A stretch of DNA of 32,822 nt, taken from positions 1 to 32,822 of the forward strand of contig JANXZT010000528.1 in NCBI GenBank assembly GCA_025355395.1. Direction: 5' to 3'. This document shows, piece after piece, positions 1-10,503 of this stretch. The position numbers were made by a program, and so were the translations under genes. Every line of letters starts with the position of its first letter. Position 1 is the first letter of the stretch. The notes below the pieces were generated by a model. It did not search any database and had not been told where the DNA came from. It worked only from the letters and a program-made list of their open reading frames with translations. Source of the stretch: Betaproteobacteria bacterium (GTDB taxonomy: Bacteria > Pseudomonadota > Gammaproteobacteria > Burkholderiales > Casimicrobiaceae).

Positions 1-570
1 GTTGATATCGCGAAGAATGTCCGGCGCGCCGCTCGAAAGATCGTTGTTGAGCAGCACCATGCAAGGATCGAATCCCGCCAGCCCCACACGCCGTTCGTTG
101 CGCACCAGGGGCTCGAATGTCAGCGCTCCGCCCTCCGGCAGCGCGATTTTGGTGGCCTCCTTGATCTCCGGAATGAGCGTACCGATCCGCACCCGCATGC
201 CCGCCTGCCGCAGAATGCTTTCGAGCGTTGCGACATTGCGCAAATAGAACATGTTCCGGGTGTGATTCTCCGGAATCAGCAGCACGCCGCGCGCATCCGC
301 GCAAACGCGCTCGACGGCCGTTTGAATCGCCTGGACGCATAGCGGCATGAAGGCGCCGTTAAGATTATTGAACCCGCCGGGAAACAGGTTCGTATCCACA
401 GGTGCCAATTTGAATCCCGCATTGCGCAGATCGACCGAAGCGTAAAAAGGTACGGAATGCTCCTGCCACTGCGTGCGCAGCCAGCGCTCGATGTCCGGCA
501 TGCCATCGAGAAAGCGCTGCTCCAGATCGAGCAGCGGGCCGGCAAGCGCGGTGGTGAGATGAGGGATCAC
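1..570 (-). CDS. gshA: glutamate--cysteine ligase, N-terminal part (3' end runs off the window)
   Basis: Not in the ORF track because there is no stop in the window. Hand translation of the minus strand from GTG at 570 gives VIPHLTTALAGPLLDLEQRFLDGMPDIERWLRTQWQEHSVPFYASVDLRNAGFKLAPVDTNLFPGGFNNL.... I recognise this as the N-terminus of the Burkholderia/Acidithiobacillus-type GshA. The frame stays open to position 1. Confidence 0.8.
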   Translation of the reverse strand, partial: MIPHLTTALAGPLLDLEQRFLDGMPDIERWLRTQWQEHSVPFYASVDLRNAGFKLAPVDTNLFPGGFNNLNGAFMPLCVQAIQTAVERVCADARGVLLIPENHTRNMFYLRNVATLESILRQAGMRVRIGTLIPEIKEATKIALPEGGALTFEPLVRNERRVGLAGFDPCMVLLNNDLSSGAPDILRDIN

Positions 571-642
571 GGGAGCGCAAAGGGAGTCAACGGCGAATTG
601 TAACGGAACGATTCGTCGAGGCGATACCGGTCGGTGCCGGCG

Positions 643-670
643 AAAAAAGGGGCGCCTTGGCGGGCGCCCC
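643..670 (-). terminator. rho-independent terminator downstream of amtB
   Basis: Minus strand reads GGGGCGCC-cgccaa-GGCGCCCC followed by TTTTTT: an 8-bp GC stem, a 6-nt loop and a U-tract. It lies about 110 nt after the amtB stop. Confidence 0.7.
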
Positions 671-729
671 GAATAGCCACTGAGGAGAATCACACTGCAC
701 TGCATCGGGGAAGAAGAATTCCCCCGATT

Positions 730-764
730 TTATGCGGCGCCGGTGAGTGGCCGGCACCGCATAA
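730..764 (-). other. long hairpin immediately after the amtB stop
   Basis: ttatgcggcgccgg-tgagtgg-ccggcaccgcataa forms a 14-bp stem with one mismatch or wobble. No U-tract follows, so its function is unknown (possibly an mRNA 3' stabiliser). Confidence 0.4.
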
Positions 765-778
765 TCTTCCGGCGCTGC

Positions 779-2359
779 CTACATGCGGTAGGCCGACTCG
801 CCGTGCGAGCTGATATCGAGGCCTTCCCGCTCCTCTTCTTCGGAGACGCGAAGTCCGATCACCAAGTCGACAATCTTGAAGGCAATGAACGCGACCGCGC
901 CTGACCAGATGACGGTGGTCAGCACCCCCTGGGTCTGAATCCAGAGTTGGCCGGCGATCGAGTAATCGGGGCTCACCTTGTTGGCCACGTAATCATAGAT
1001 GCCCTGGCCGCCAAGGCTTGGTGCTGCGAACACTCCGGTCAGGAGCGCGCCCAGGATCCCGCCTACACCGTGCACACCGAAGACATCGAGAGCGTCGTCA
1101 GCGCCAAGGATGCGCTTCAAGCCATTGACGCCCCACAGGCAGACGAAACCCGCGAGCAATCCCAGAACGAGTGCACCCTGCGGGCCCACGAAGCCGCAAG
1201 CAGGCGTTATCGCCACGAGGCCTGCCACGGCGCCGGAAGCGGCACCCAGCATCGAGGGCTTGCCCTTGCTCACCCACTCGCCCAGCATCCACGCGAGCAC
1301 GGCCGCAGCGGTGGCCAGCAGGGTATTGACGAAAGCCAACGCGGCAACGTCACCGGCTTCGAGCGCCGACCCGGCATTGAAGCCGAACCAGCCGACCCAC
1401 AACAGGGACGCGCCGACCATCGTGAAGGTGAGGTTGTGCGGCGCCATCGCTTCCTTGCCGTAGCCGACGCGCTTGCCGATCACGTACGCGCCCACCAGGC
1501 CCGCAACCCCCGCATTGATGTGCACGACGGTGCCACCGGCGAAGTCGAGCGCGCCTTTCGCCCAGAGCCAGCCGCCCTTGGCGGTGGCCAGCTCGGCGGC
1601 CTTGGGATCCGTAAACAGATCCGGGCCCGGCCAGAACCACACCATGTGCGCAATCGGCAGATACGCGAACGTGAACCACAGCGCTGCAAAGAGCAGAACC
1701 GCGGAGAACTTCATGCGCTCGGCGAAGGCGCCGACGACAAGGCCCACGGTGATGGCCGCGAACGTCGCCTGGAAGACAATGTAGAGGTATTCCGGAATCA
1801 CTACGCCCTTGCTGAACGTCGGGGCGGTGGCGAAGCTGCCCACGCCGTCCTTGATCGTAAAAATGCCGGAAAGGAGCAGCCGGTCGAAGCCGCCGAAGAA
1901 CGCGCTGCCCTCGGTGAACGCAATGCTGTAGCCGTACACCGCCCACAGCACCACGATCAGCGAAAATACGACGAACACCTGCATCAGTACCGACAGCATG
2001 TTCTTGGAGCGCACCAGCCCGCCGTAGAAGAGGGCGAGACCCGGGATCGACATCATGACCACGAGCAGGGTGGCGACGATCATCCATGCGCTGTCGCCCT
2101 TGTTGGGAGCGGGTGCTGCGGGCGCCACCGCCGTGGCAGCCGCGGGCGCGATCGCAGGACCGGCCGTAACCGGTGCCGGGAGCGGGGTCACCGCAGGCGC
2201 AGCAAGCGGTGTCGCGGGAGCCTTCGGATCCGCGGCCTGCGCGAGCAGTTGCCGCTGTGGTCCTAGCGTCGCCGCCGTCGTCGAGAACTCGGAGGCCGCA
2301 GCCAATGTGCTGAAGCTACAGGCAACCGTTACCGCAAAAAATGCGAGCAATCGCTTCAT
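779..2359 (-). CDS. amtB: ammonium transporter AmtB with signal peptide and Ala/Pro-rich N-terminal extension
   Basis: Amt-family motifs DFAGGTVVHINAG and VHGVGGILGALLTGVFA across multiple TM segments. I chose the internal ATG at 2359 (MKRLLAFFAV..., signal-peptide-like), which is preceded by AGGGGA. It lies 10 nt downstream of the glnK stop. Confidence 0.93.
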   Translation of the reverse strand: MKRLLAFFAVTVACSFSTLAAASEFSTTAATLGPQRQLLAQAADPKAPATPLAAPAVTPLPAPVTAGPAIAPAAATAVAPAAPAPNKGDSAWMIVATLLVVMMSIPGLALFYGGLVRSKNMLSVLMQVFVVFSLIVVLWAVYGYSIAFTEGSAFFGGFDRLLLSGIFTIKDGVGSFATAPTFSKGVVIPEYLYIVFQATFAAITVGLVVGAFAERMKFSAVLLFAALWFTFAYLPIAHMVWFWPGPDLFTDPKAAELATAKGGWLWAKGALDFAGGTVVHINAGVAGLVGAYVIGKRVGYGKEAMAPHNLTFTMVGASLLWVGWFGFNAGSALEAGDVAALAFVNTLLATAAAVLAWMLGEWVSKGKPSMLGAASGAVAGLVAITPACGFVGPQGALVLGLLAGFVCLWGVNGLKRILGADDALDVFGVHGVGGILGALLTGVFAAPSLGGQGIYDYVANKVSPDYSIAGQLWIQTQGVLTTVIWSGAVAFIAFKIVDLVIGLRVSEEEEREGLDISSHGESAYRM

Positions 2360-2369
2360 TTCATTCCCC

Positions 2370-3924
<1,555 letters not shown>

Positions 3925-3979
3925 GGCCTTGGGGGGTCCGGTTATCGAGGGCGCCAATTCGTTTACACGTTATGCAGTC

Positions 3980-3995
3980 AGCATTTGGCGTGCCA
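3980..3995 (-). promoter_or_regulatory. sigma-54 (RpoN) -24/-12 promoter for porin-glnK-amtB
   Basis: Minus strand reads TGGCACgccaaaTGCT, with GG and GC at the canonical 10-nt spacing. It lies about 55 nt upstream of the porin ATG. A nitrogen-regulated context is expected for glnK-amtB. Confidence 0.55.
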
Positions 3996-4070
3996 CTATC
4001 GATTTACGTTGTTCGTACAGTGGGTTATACAAACGCGAAGCCGTGCGCAAGCGGCGCGGATGACATCGGC

Positions 4071-4106
4071 TGTGCGATTTCGGTGCAGGTCGCACGCGAT
4101 GTGCAC
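4071..4106. promoter_or_regulatory. possible NtrC-type enhancer half-site pairs
   Basis: tgtgcgatttcggtgca and cgcacgcgatgtgcac show GCAC/GTGC dyad symmetry about 80-120 bp upstream of the sigma-54 element. The match to TGCACC-N5-GGTGCA is imperfect. Confidence 0.25.
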
Positions 4107-4205
4107 ACGGATGGGGCGCTCGTCCGTCGGACCTATCCGTGCCGCCGATGAACTTTGCTAGACTCGAACGCGTCACTGATTGCATCGTCATTTCCGGAGT
4201 GCGCC

Positions 4206-4619
4206 ATGCTGGGTAGCCGAACCTTTGATGAACTTGCTGCCCGGATCGGGCAGGCACTGGAAAATAGTCCCGCGAAGGACATCGAGAAGAACGTGAAGTC
4301 GCTACTGGCGAGCGGCCTTGCGCGGCTCGATGTGGTGCCGCGATCGGAGTTCGACGTGCAGGCCCAGGTGCTCCTGCGCACCCGCGAAAAGCTGGAAGCG
4401 CTGGAGCTTCGGTTGGGCGAACTGGAAGCGCGGCTGGCGCGGGGAGCGGTCCCGATCAGTGCCGGGGCTACGGGCGCCGGGCCCATGAGCGGAACGCACG
4501 CCACGGGCGGAACCGCAGCGGCGAGTGGAACGGGATCTACCGGTGGGCAGGGACCGATCGGCGGATCTGAAGGTCTGTCCGGCCCGGACTCGCCGGCGCC
4601 CCCGACCTCGAGCCGCTAG
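4206..4619 (+). CDS. ubiK: UbiK/BMFP (YqiC) family accessory protein with Gly/Ser/Thr/Ala-rich C-terminal tail
   Basis: MLGSRTFDELAARIGQALENSPAKDIEKNVKSLL...VVPRSEFDVQAQVLLRTREKLEALELRLGELEARL is a coiled coil typical of this family. GGAG sits 6 nt before ATG 4206. Located upstream of comM, as in other betaproteobacteria. Confidence 0.8.
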   Translation: MLGSRTFDELAARIGQALENSPAKDIEKNVKSLLASGLARLDVVPRSEFDVQAQVLLRTREKLEALELRLGELEARLARGAVPISAGATGAGPMSGTHATGGTAAASGTGSTGGQGPIGGSEGLSGPDSPAPPTSSR

Positions 4620-4674
4620 AGCGCGCGGCGAGCGAGCGGCGAGCCGCCCGCCGGCTCGATCAGCGAGCACCAAC

Positions 4675-6201
4675 ATGGCGCTCGCCGTGGTCTTCTCCCG
4701 TGCCCTGGCCGGTGTCGACGCACCGCTGGTGGTGGTCGAGGTTCATCTGTCGGGTGGGCTGCCCGCGTTCAACCTGGTCGGGCTCCCGGAGACCGAGGTC
4801 AAGGAAGCCCGCGACCGGGTGCGTGCCGCGTTGCAAAACGCCCAGTTCGATTTTCCGGCGCGCAAAATCACCGTCAACCTGGCGCCCGCGGATCTGCCCA
4901 AAGAGTCGGGCCGCTTCGATCTGCCGATTGCCCTGGGCGTTCTCGCCGCGACCGGCCAGATCCCGATGTCCACCCTCGGCAGTTACGAGTTTGCGGGCGA
5001 GCTTGCGCTGACCGGCGCGTTACGTCCTGTGCGCGGCGCATTGCCGATGGCGCTGGCGGCGTACCGCGATGGGCGCGCGTTCATCCTGCCCGAGTCGAGC
5101 GCCGATGAGGCCGCGCTGGTGCGCGACGCGGTGGTTCACGGGGCGAAGGATTTGCTCGCGGTGTGTGCCCATCTTTGCGGTCGCGCGCTACTGCCGCGCG
5201 TAACACCGCGCAGGCCTCCACCGGCAAACGCGGGCACGGCAAACGATCTCGCCGACGTGCGCGGCCAGCCGCAGGCGAAGCGCGCGCTGACCATTGCCGC
5301 GGCGGGCGGGCACAGCCTGCTAATGATCGGCCCTCCCGGCACGGGCAAGTCGATGCTGGCCCAACGGCTCCCGGGTATTCTGCCGCCGCCAACGGAAGCC
5401 GAAGCGCTGGCGAGCGCGGCGGTGGCCTCCCTTGCGGGCCGCTTCTCCGCGGCGACTTGGGGGGTGCGCCCGTTTCGCGCGCCGCATCACACGGCGAGCG
5501 CCGTGGCACTGGTGGGCGGGGGCAGCGAGCCGCGACCCGGCGAGATTTCGCTGGCCCACCACGGCGTGCTGTTCCTGGACGAACTGCCGGAATGGGACCG
5601 TCGCGTGCTCGAGGTATTGCGCGAGCCGCTCGAATCCGGAGTCATCCATATCTCGCGCGCGGCGCGCCAAAGTACCTTTCCGGCCGAGTTTCAACTGGTG
5701 GCGGCGATGAATCCATGTCCCTGCGGGTGGCTGGGACACGACAGCGGCCGTTGCCACTGCACTCCCGATCAGGTCGCGCGTTATCGCGGGCGCGTGTCGG
5801 GCGCGCTTCTGGACCGCATCGACATGGCGATCCAGGTGCCGTCCGTTGCCGCCGAGGTGCTCGCGACCGCGCCACCCCGCGGTGATGCGCAAGCGAGTTC
5901 CGACGCCATCAGGGAGCGGGTGATCGCGGCACGGCAGCGGCAATACGCGCGCCAGTGCGGACCGAATGCACGCCTGCCGGCGCGCGATGTAGCGCGCTGG
6001 TGCGCTCCGGACGCGGGTGGCGCCGGCCTGCTCGCTCGCGCCATGGCCAAAAATTCGCTGTCGGCACGCGGCTATCACCGAGTGCTCAAGGTTGCACGCA
6101 CCATCGCCGATCTCGATGCGGTGGCCGACATCGGATCGACCCACATCGCCGAAGCGATTGGCTATCGCCGATTCGAGCGGGAGGACCAGCCCGTGCATTG
6201 A
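4675..6201 (+). CDS. comM: YifB/ComM family Mg-chelatase-like AAA+ ATPase
   Basis: Starts MALAVVFSRALAGVDAPLVVVEVHLSGGLPAFNLVGLPE. Walker A GPPGTGKS, then ISLAHHGVLFLDELPE and a CPCG Zn-like motif. The upstream 50 codons of the tracked ORF are Arg/Pro-rich and overlap the ubiK tail, so I excluded them. Confidence 0.93.
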   Translation: MALAVVFSRALAGVDAPLVVVEVHLSGGLPAFNLVGLPETEVKEARDRVRAALQNAQFDFPARKITVNLAPADLPKESGRFDLPIALGVLAATGQIPMSTLGSYEFAGELALTGALRPVRGALPMALAAYRDGRAFILPESSADEAALVRDAVVHGAKDLLAVCAHLCGRALLPRVTPRRPPPANAGTANDLADVRGQPQAKRALTIAAAGGHSLLMIGPPGTGKSMLAQRLPGILPPPTEAEALASAAVASLAGRFSAATWGVRPFRAPHHTASAVALVGGGSEPRPGEISLAHHGVLFLDELPEWDRRVLEVLREPLESGVIHISRAARQSTFPAEFQLVAAMNPCPCGWLGHDSGRCHCTPDQVARYRGRVSGALLDRIDMAIQVPSVAAEVLATAPPRGDAQASSDAIRERVIAARQRQYARQCGPNARLPARDVARWCAPDAGGAGLLARAMAKNSLSARGYHRVLKVARTIADLDAVADIGSTHIAEAIGYRRFEREDQPVH

Positions 6202-6400
6202 GTTGGAATCGAGCCGGAATGGTGTTGCTGTCAACCGGCGGATCACCCGCGAGACCCTGTGGCGCTGGGTCCCGCGCAAGGCTATTTCGCGAAGTACGTC
6301 ACGGGCTCCATGTGGGCGAGCCTCAAAATGGGTCCGCAGTGGTAAGCGCGCTCGGCGCAGGACGCGGGACAAGCGGCGAGCGCGTCGATCTTCGACGCTT

Positions 6401-6416
6401 TGGCACGCGTAACGCA
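6401..6416 (+). promoter_or_regulatory. candidate sigma-54-type -24/-12 element upstream of the unknown gene
   Basis: TGGCACgcgtaacGCA has GG-N10-GC spacing, lies in intergenic DNA and is oriented toward the 6571 ORF. The -12 region is weak, and this could be a chance match in GC-rich DNA. Confidence 0.3.
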
Positions 6417-6466
6417 TCCTCTTGTAGTTCCTTGCGCGTTGGTTGTCAGCTACATGCTGTCGCGTA

Positions 6467-6557
6467 GCGAAAGTGGGGTCAGAGACGACTTTTCGGAACA
6501 AACGCTCTGCTCGCCAACGGGCCCAGCCGGAAAAATCGTCTCTGACCCTACTTTCGC
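6467..6557. repeat. REP-like inverted-repeat element, copy 1
   Basis: Arms gcgaaagtggggtcagagacgacttttcgg (6467-6496) and ccggaaaaatcgtctctgaccctactttcgc (6527-6557) are near-perfect reverse complements around a 30-nt loop. They share the core GAAAGT(A/G)GGGTCAGA with the element at 24055-24129. Confidence 0.7.
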
Positions 6558-6570
6558 GCCTGGCGGATCA

Positions 6571-8283
6571 ATGCCACCGCTAGAGGCGATCAAAGCGGGT
6601 ACTGCCGCAACGGCGTGCTATAACCCGCCGACGATGGACCACACGATTACCCAGAGCACGATCGGTGCGGGTACGGATGCGCTGCGGCCGCGCCCGAAAG
6701 ACGCCGTGGCGACGATTACCGCGTCCGGCGTCGCCTTCTCGACTGCGGAGAGCATGTCGCGGTGGTTGAAGTCGCTGCCGCTGACCAATGTCAACGAGGT
6801 CACCGCGGCGCTCCTCACCCAGTTGCGCGCGATGAGCGTGGCGCAATTCGCTCCGCGCGAGCGCGCCACCATCGCCGAGCTCCTGCGTGAGCAGGTCGCC
6901 TATCTGCACACCGAGCTTGCCCGTCGCTATGCCGGCAAGCCGCAACCCGCCGCCGGCCGCGAGCTCGAGGCCGTGGAGCAGGCGATCGCCCTGTGGCAGG
7001 GGCTGTGGGAACAATACTCGGCGTGCCTCAAACCCATGCTCGAGGGTGACGCCGATCTCGAAGGCGTGAAGCCCAAGGTGTTGCAACGCGGGCTCTATGT
7101 CGGCAAGCAACTGGTGCTGGTCCATGGCTTGGCGCGACGCACGCCGCCCCCCGCGCTGTGGGAGGAAATCCATGCGTACTATCGCCTGGCCGAGATGCTC
7201 GAGTGTGCAGGCACGTCGGTCTCGGACGAGCTTATGCCCAATGCAGTGGGCATTTCGTGTTACTCCACTTTCAGCCATGCGCTGTTGCTCGGTCTCGCCG
7301 ATCCATGTGCAATGAATGTGAAGCAGATCGAGCTCGCCGATCGGTGGTTGCAGATGTGGGCGCGCAAGGTATTCCCGTACCCTAAGCAGCGCGAGAGCGA
7401 CGGCCCGGTCCTTGTGATCGATCTCAACTCCGGCGTGGGGGCGGCGCTTGTGGCTGGTGCACCCCGTCACGTCGTCGAGACCATGCGCTTCGGCTACACC
7501 ACAAAGCTTGCGAATTCGGTGCGTGGCCGCCTGAAGCGATTGCAGACCGGGGCCGAGCCGGCCGAGTTGCAACTTGGCCACGATTGCAGCAGCGAGCAGT
7601 GCACCACGCTGTTGGCTCACCTCGACGCCAAGTGGTACCAGCATCCGCGCCGGCCGCCGCCGATGCCCGATTCGTCGGTTTCGCTTTGCGCGGGCGGCGT
7701 GCCGGGTGCTTTTTTTCGGGTGGCGGGCAGGACGTTTCACCGGACGGACCCGATGGGTCGGCTGACCTTCCAGGGCGCGCTACACCTGCAGACCCTCGGG
7801 GCCGTCGCCGACTACGACCGTGGCCGCGAAGAAGCGGAGCGCGATTGGGTCTGGGAGCGGTGGGAGGGCGCGTTCGAGTATCGCGAGGCCTCACTGGCGC
7901 GCGCCGGCGCCGGCAGTCATCGCTGGTCCCTGGAACAACTCGCGGTCATGCGCACCGAGGATCGCCTGCGGATCGGATACGTCACGCGCGTGGCGCAGGA
8001 CGATGACGGCGGGCTAGGCTTGTCGCTGCGCATTTTTTCGGGCGCCCCGACTCCGATTTCGGTGCGCCCGGTGTCGACGATGCAATCCGAAGACCCGCCA
8101 ATTCCCTGCCTCATGCTGGGTGAAACCCCCGACGACAAGTCTTGTCTCATCCTGCCGTCGCGCACGTACGGCCCCAGCCGCGTGCTGCGCTCGCTCGATG
8201 CGGGACCCGAGCGGCGGCTGCGCCTGACGCGTCTTTTGCAGCGTGGCGTCGATTTCGAGCGAGTCGCATTCGACGAGGCATGA
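6571..8283 (+). CDS. conserved-looking hypothetical protein, family not recognised
   Basis: Long ORF with normal, non-Arg/Pro-biased composition. The tracked start at 6400 would read through the REP element, so ATG 6571 or ATG 6634 is more likely. The stop TGA overlaps the yyaL ATG (ATGA at 8280-8283). Confidence 0.7.
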   Translation: MPPLEAIKAGTAATACYNPPTMDHTITQSTIGAGTDALRPRPKDAVATITASGVAFSTAESMSRWLKSLPLTNVNEVTAALLTQLRAMSVAQFAPRERATIAELLREQVAYLHTELARRYAGKPQPAAGRELEAVEQAIALWQGLWEQYSACLKPMLEGDADLEGVKPKVLQRGLYVGKQLVLVHGLARRTPPPALWEEIHAYYRLAEMLECAGTSVSDELMPNAVGISCYSTFSHALLLGLADPCAMNVKQIELADRWLQMWARKVFPYPKQRESDGPVLVIDLNSGVGAALVAGAPRHVVETMRFGYTTKLANSVRGRLKRLQTGAEPAELQLGHDCSSEQCTTLLAHLDAKWYQHPRRPPPMPDSSVSLCAGGVPGAFFRVAGRTFHRTDPMGRLTFQGALHLQTLGAVADYDRGREEAERDWVWERWEGAFEYREASLARAGAGSHRWSLEQLAVMRTEDRLRIGYVTRVAQDDDGGLGLSLRIFSGAPTPISVRPVSTMQSEDPPIPCLMLGETPDDKSCLILPSRTYGPSRVLRSLDAGPERRLRLTRLLQRGVDFERVAFDEA

Positions 8284-10316
8284 TCAATCGACTCGCGCAC
8301 GAGACCAGTCCGTACCTGCAGCAGCACGCACAGAACCCGGTGGACTGGTACCCGTGGGGTGAGGAAGCGCTCGCACGCGCCGCGAAGGAAAACAAGCCGA
8401 TTCTGTTGTCGATCGGCTACTCGGCCTGCCATTGGTGTCACGTGATGGCGCATGAATCGTTCGAAAATGCCGACGTTGCAGCGGTGATGAACGAGCTCTT
8501 TGTCAACGTCAAAGTCGATCGCGAAGAGCGCCCGGATCTCGACCAGGTCTATCAACTGGCGCACGCCCTGCTGACGCGTCGTTCCGGGGGATGGCCGCTC
8601 ACCATGGTCCTCACCCCGCGCGGCGAGCCCTTCTTTGGAGGCACCTACTTTCCGCCCGAAAGCCGTCATGGATTGCCCGGGTTTCGCGACCTGCTGCCGC
8701 GCATCCATGCGGCCTATCGCGAACAAGGCAGCGCGATCGATGAGCAGAATGCGCGATTGAAGGAAGCGCTGGCGAATCTCGCTCCCGCGCCGGGCGAGGG
8801 CGCGCTGCCTCTGGCGTCGGTTGCGGCGGCTCTCAAGGGATTGAAGAGCAGCTTCGATTCGGAGAATGGTGGATTCGGCGGCGCGCCGAAATTTCCGCAT
8901 CCGGCCGAGCTGGAGTTTTGTCTGCGCGCATTCGGCATGCATGGCGACACCGAGGCGCTGCACATGGTCGAGCTGACGCTATCGCACATGGCGGCTGGGG
9001 GAATCCTGGATCAGCTCGGGGGCGGCTTTTGCCGCTACAGCGTGGATGCGCAATGGACGATTCCGCATTTCGAAAAAATGCTCTACGACAACGGTCCTCT
9101 CCTTGGCCTTTACGCCGAGCTTGCCCGCGTCACGGGCAAGCGCGAGTACGCGGATGTCGCGCGCGGCACCGTGGGCTGGCTCGCCCGCGAGATGCGCGCA
9201 AACGATGGCGCCTTCTACTCGAGCCTCGATGCGGACAGCGAAGGCGAGGAAGGCAAGTTCTACGTCTGGACGCCACCGGAAGTCGAACGTCTTTTGTCGG
9301 TCGAGGAGTACGCCGTCGCCGCGCCGCATTTCGGCCTCGATCAGCCGCCGAATTTCGAGCATGAAACGTGGCATCTGCGGGTTGCCGTACCGCTCCCCGC
9401 CGTCGCCCTCCGTATCGGCATCACGTTACCGGATGCGCAAACGCGTCTGGTGTCGGCCAAGGGGGCGCTCTTTGCGGCCCGATCCAAACGCATCCGGCCT
9501 GCTCTCGACGATAAGATATTGACGTCGTGGAACGCGCTCATGATCGCCGGGCTGGCCCGCGCCGCCCGAGCGCTCGACGAGCCCCAGTGGGCCGATCTCG
9601 CGTTCACCGCGACGGATGCGTTGCGCCACGCAGCCTGGATCGATGGACGTCTTCTTGCCACGCGCAAAGGCGAGCACGCCCACCTCAATGCGTATCTCGA
9701 TGATTACGCGTTCCTGCTGGCAGCCCTCCTCGAGCTCATGCAGACGCGGTTCCGGCGGGAAGACTATCAATGGGCGTGCCAGTTGGCCGAGGTGCTCCTC
9801 GCGCAGTTCGAGGATTCCGCAAAGGGCGGGTTCTGGTTCACGAGTCACGACCACGAGGCGTTGTTCCAGCGCCAGAAGCCGGGGCCCGACAACGCCACGC
9901 CGTCCGGCAACGGCATCGCCGCGCGTTCGCTGATTGCGCTCGGTCATCTGGCAGGGGAATCGCGCTACGTCGACGCCGCCGAGCGTACCGTGCGCGCGTT
10001 CGCGGGCTCCATGCGCCAATCGCCGGGGGGCTATGCCACGTTGCTTGGCGCGCTCGAAGCCTTGGAGCGTCCGCCGGGTACGATCCTGCTCTCCGGCGAC
10101 GCCGAAGCGTGTGATTCGTGGCAGCGGACGCTCGAAAAAAGCTTCCGCCCGAAGGTAATGATCTTCAATGTCGCCGGAATCGGGCTTCCACCGGAGCTTC
10201 TCCGGGCCCCCGCGACTGCCCCCGGAACGGCAGTAGCATGCGTATGCCGGGGAACCCATTGCCTGCTCCCTGTGTCTTCACTGGCCGAAGTCGAGGCACT
10301 TCTGGCCGGCGAATGA
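8280..10316 (+). CDS. yyaL: thioredoxin-domain protein of the YyaL/DUF255 (COG1331) family
   Basis: [31 protein letters not shown]...[23 protein letters not shown] (CxxC motif), followed by a long alpha-helical, six-hairpin-like C-terminal region. The start overlaps the upstream stop. Confidence 0.9.
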   Translation: MINRLAHETSPYLQQHAQNPVDWYPWGEEALARAAKENKPILLSIGYSACHWCHVMAHESFENADVAAVMNELFVNVKVDREERPDLDQVYQLAHALLTRRSGGWPLTMVLTPRGEPFFGGTYFPPESRHGLPGFRDLLPRIHAAYREQGSAIDEQNARLKEALANLAPAPGEGALPLASVAAALKGLKSSFDSENGGFGGAPKFPHPAELEFCLRAFGMHGDTEALHMVELTLSHMAAGGILDQLGGGFCRYSVDAQWTIPHFEKMLYDNGPLLGLYAELARVTGKREYADVARGTVGWLAREMRANDGAFYSSLDADSEGEEGKFYVWTPPEVERLLSVEEYAVAAPHFGLDQPPNFEHETWHLRVAVPLPAVALRIGITLPDAQTRLVSAKGALFAARSKRIRPALDDKILTSWNALMIAGLARAARALDEPQWADLAFTATDALRHAAWIDGRLLATRKGEHAHLNAYLDDYAFLLAALLELMQTRFRREDYQWACQLAEVLLAQFEDSAKGGFWFTSHDHEALFQRQKPGPDNATPSGNGIAARSLIALGHLAGESRYVDAAERTVRAFAGSMRQSPGGYATLLGALEALERPPGTILLSGDAEACDSWQRTLEKSFRPKVMIFNVAGIGLPPELLRAPATAPGTAVACVCRGTHCLLPVSSLAEVEALLAGE

Positions 10317-10503
10317 GTGAAGCCGCAGGGTCCTCCGCGGTGGGTAGGCAAAGGCTTCCACCGTACGCTTCGGACGGCGCCGCTCCTTGCCGTCAACGTC
10401 ATCAGCATCGACGCGTTATACAAACCGTACCCGCCGCTGGCTTCGCCGGCGCGCCTTCAGGTACCATTCCGCCGGGTTCAGGATTCATGACAACGGAGAT
10501 CCA

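Noticed and set aside
947-2266. 439-aa ORF on the plus strand
   Set aside because: It is entirely antisense to amtB, which has unmistakable Amt motifs. The translation is Arg/Gly/His/Glu-rich with no recognisable domain, which is typical of a spurious long ORF in GC-rich DNA.
5320-6501. 393-aa ORF on the minus strand
   Set aside because: It is antisense to comM and runs through the intergenic REP element. Its composition is Arg-rich and low-complexity.
6400-6570. Upstream extension of the unknown protein ORF
   Set aside because: It would translate straight through both arms of the REP hairpin (giving ..SDPTF..), and the tracked start sits on the candidate promoter. The downstream ATGs at 6571 or 6634 are more plausible.
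6580-7740. 386-aa minus-strand ORF, plus 7917..8963 (348 aa)
   Set aside because: Both are antisense to the unknown gene and yyaL. Both are Arg-rich (RRRR runs) with no motifs. The plus-strand frames have far more protein-like composition, and yyaL has clear family motifs.
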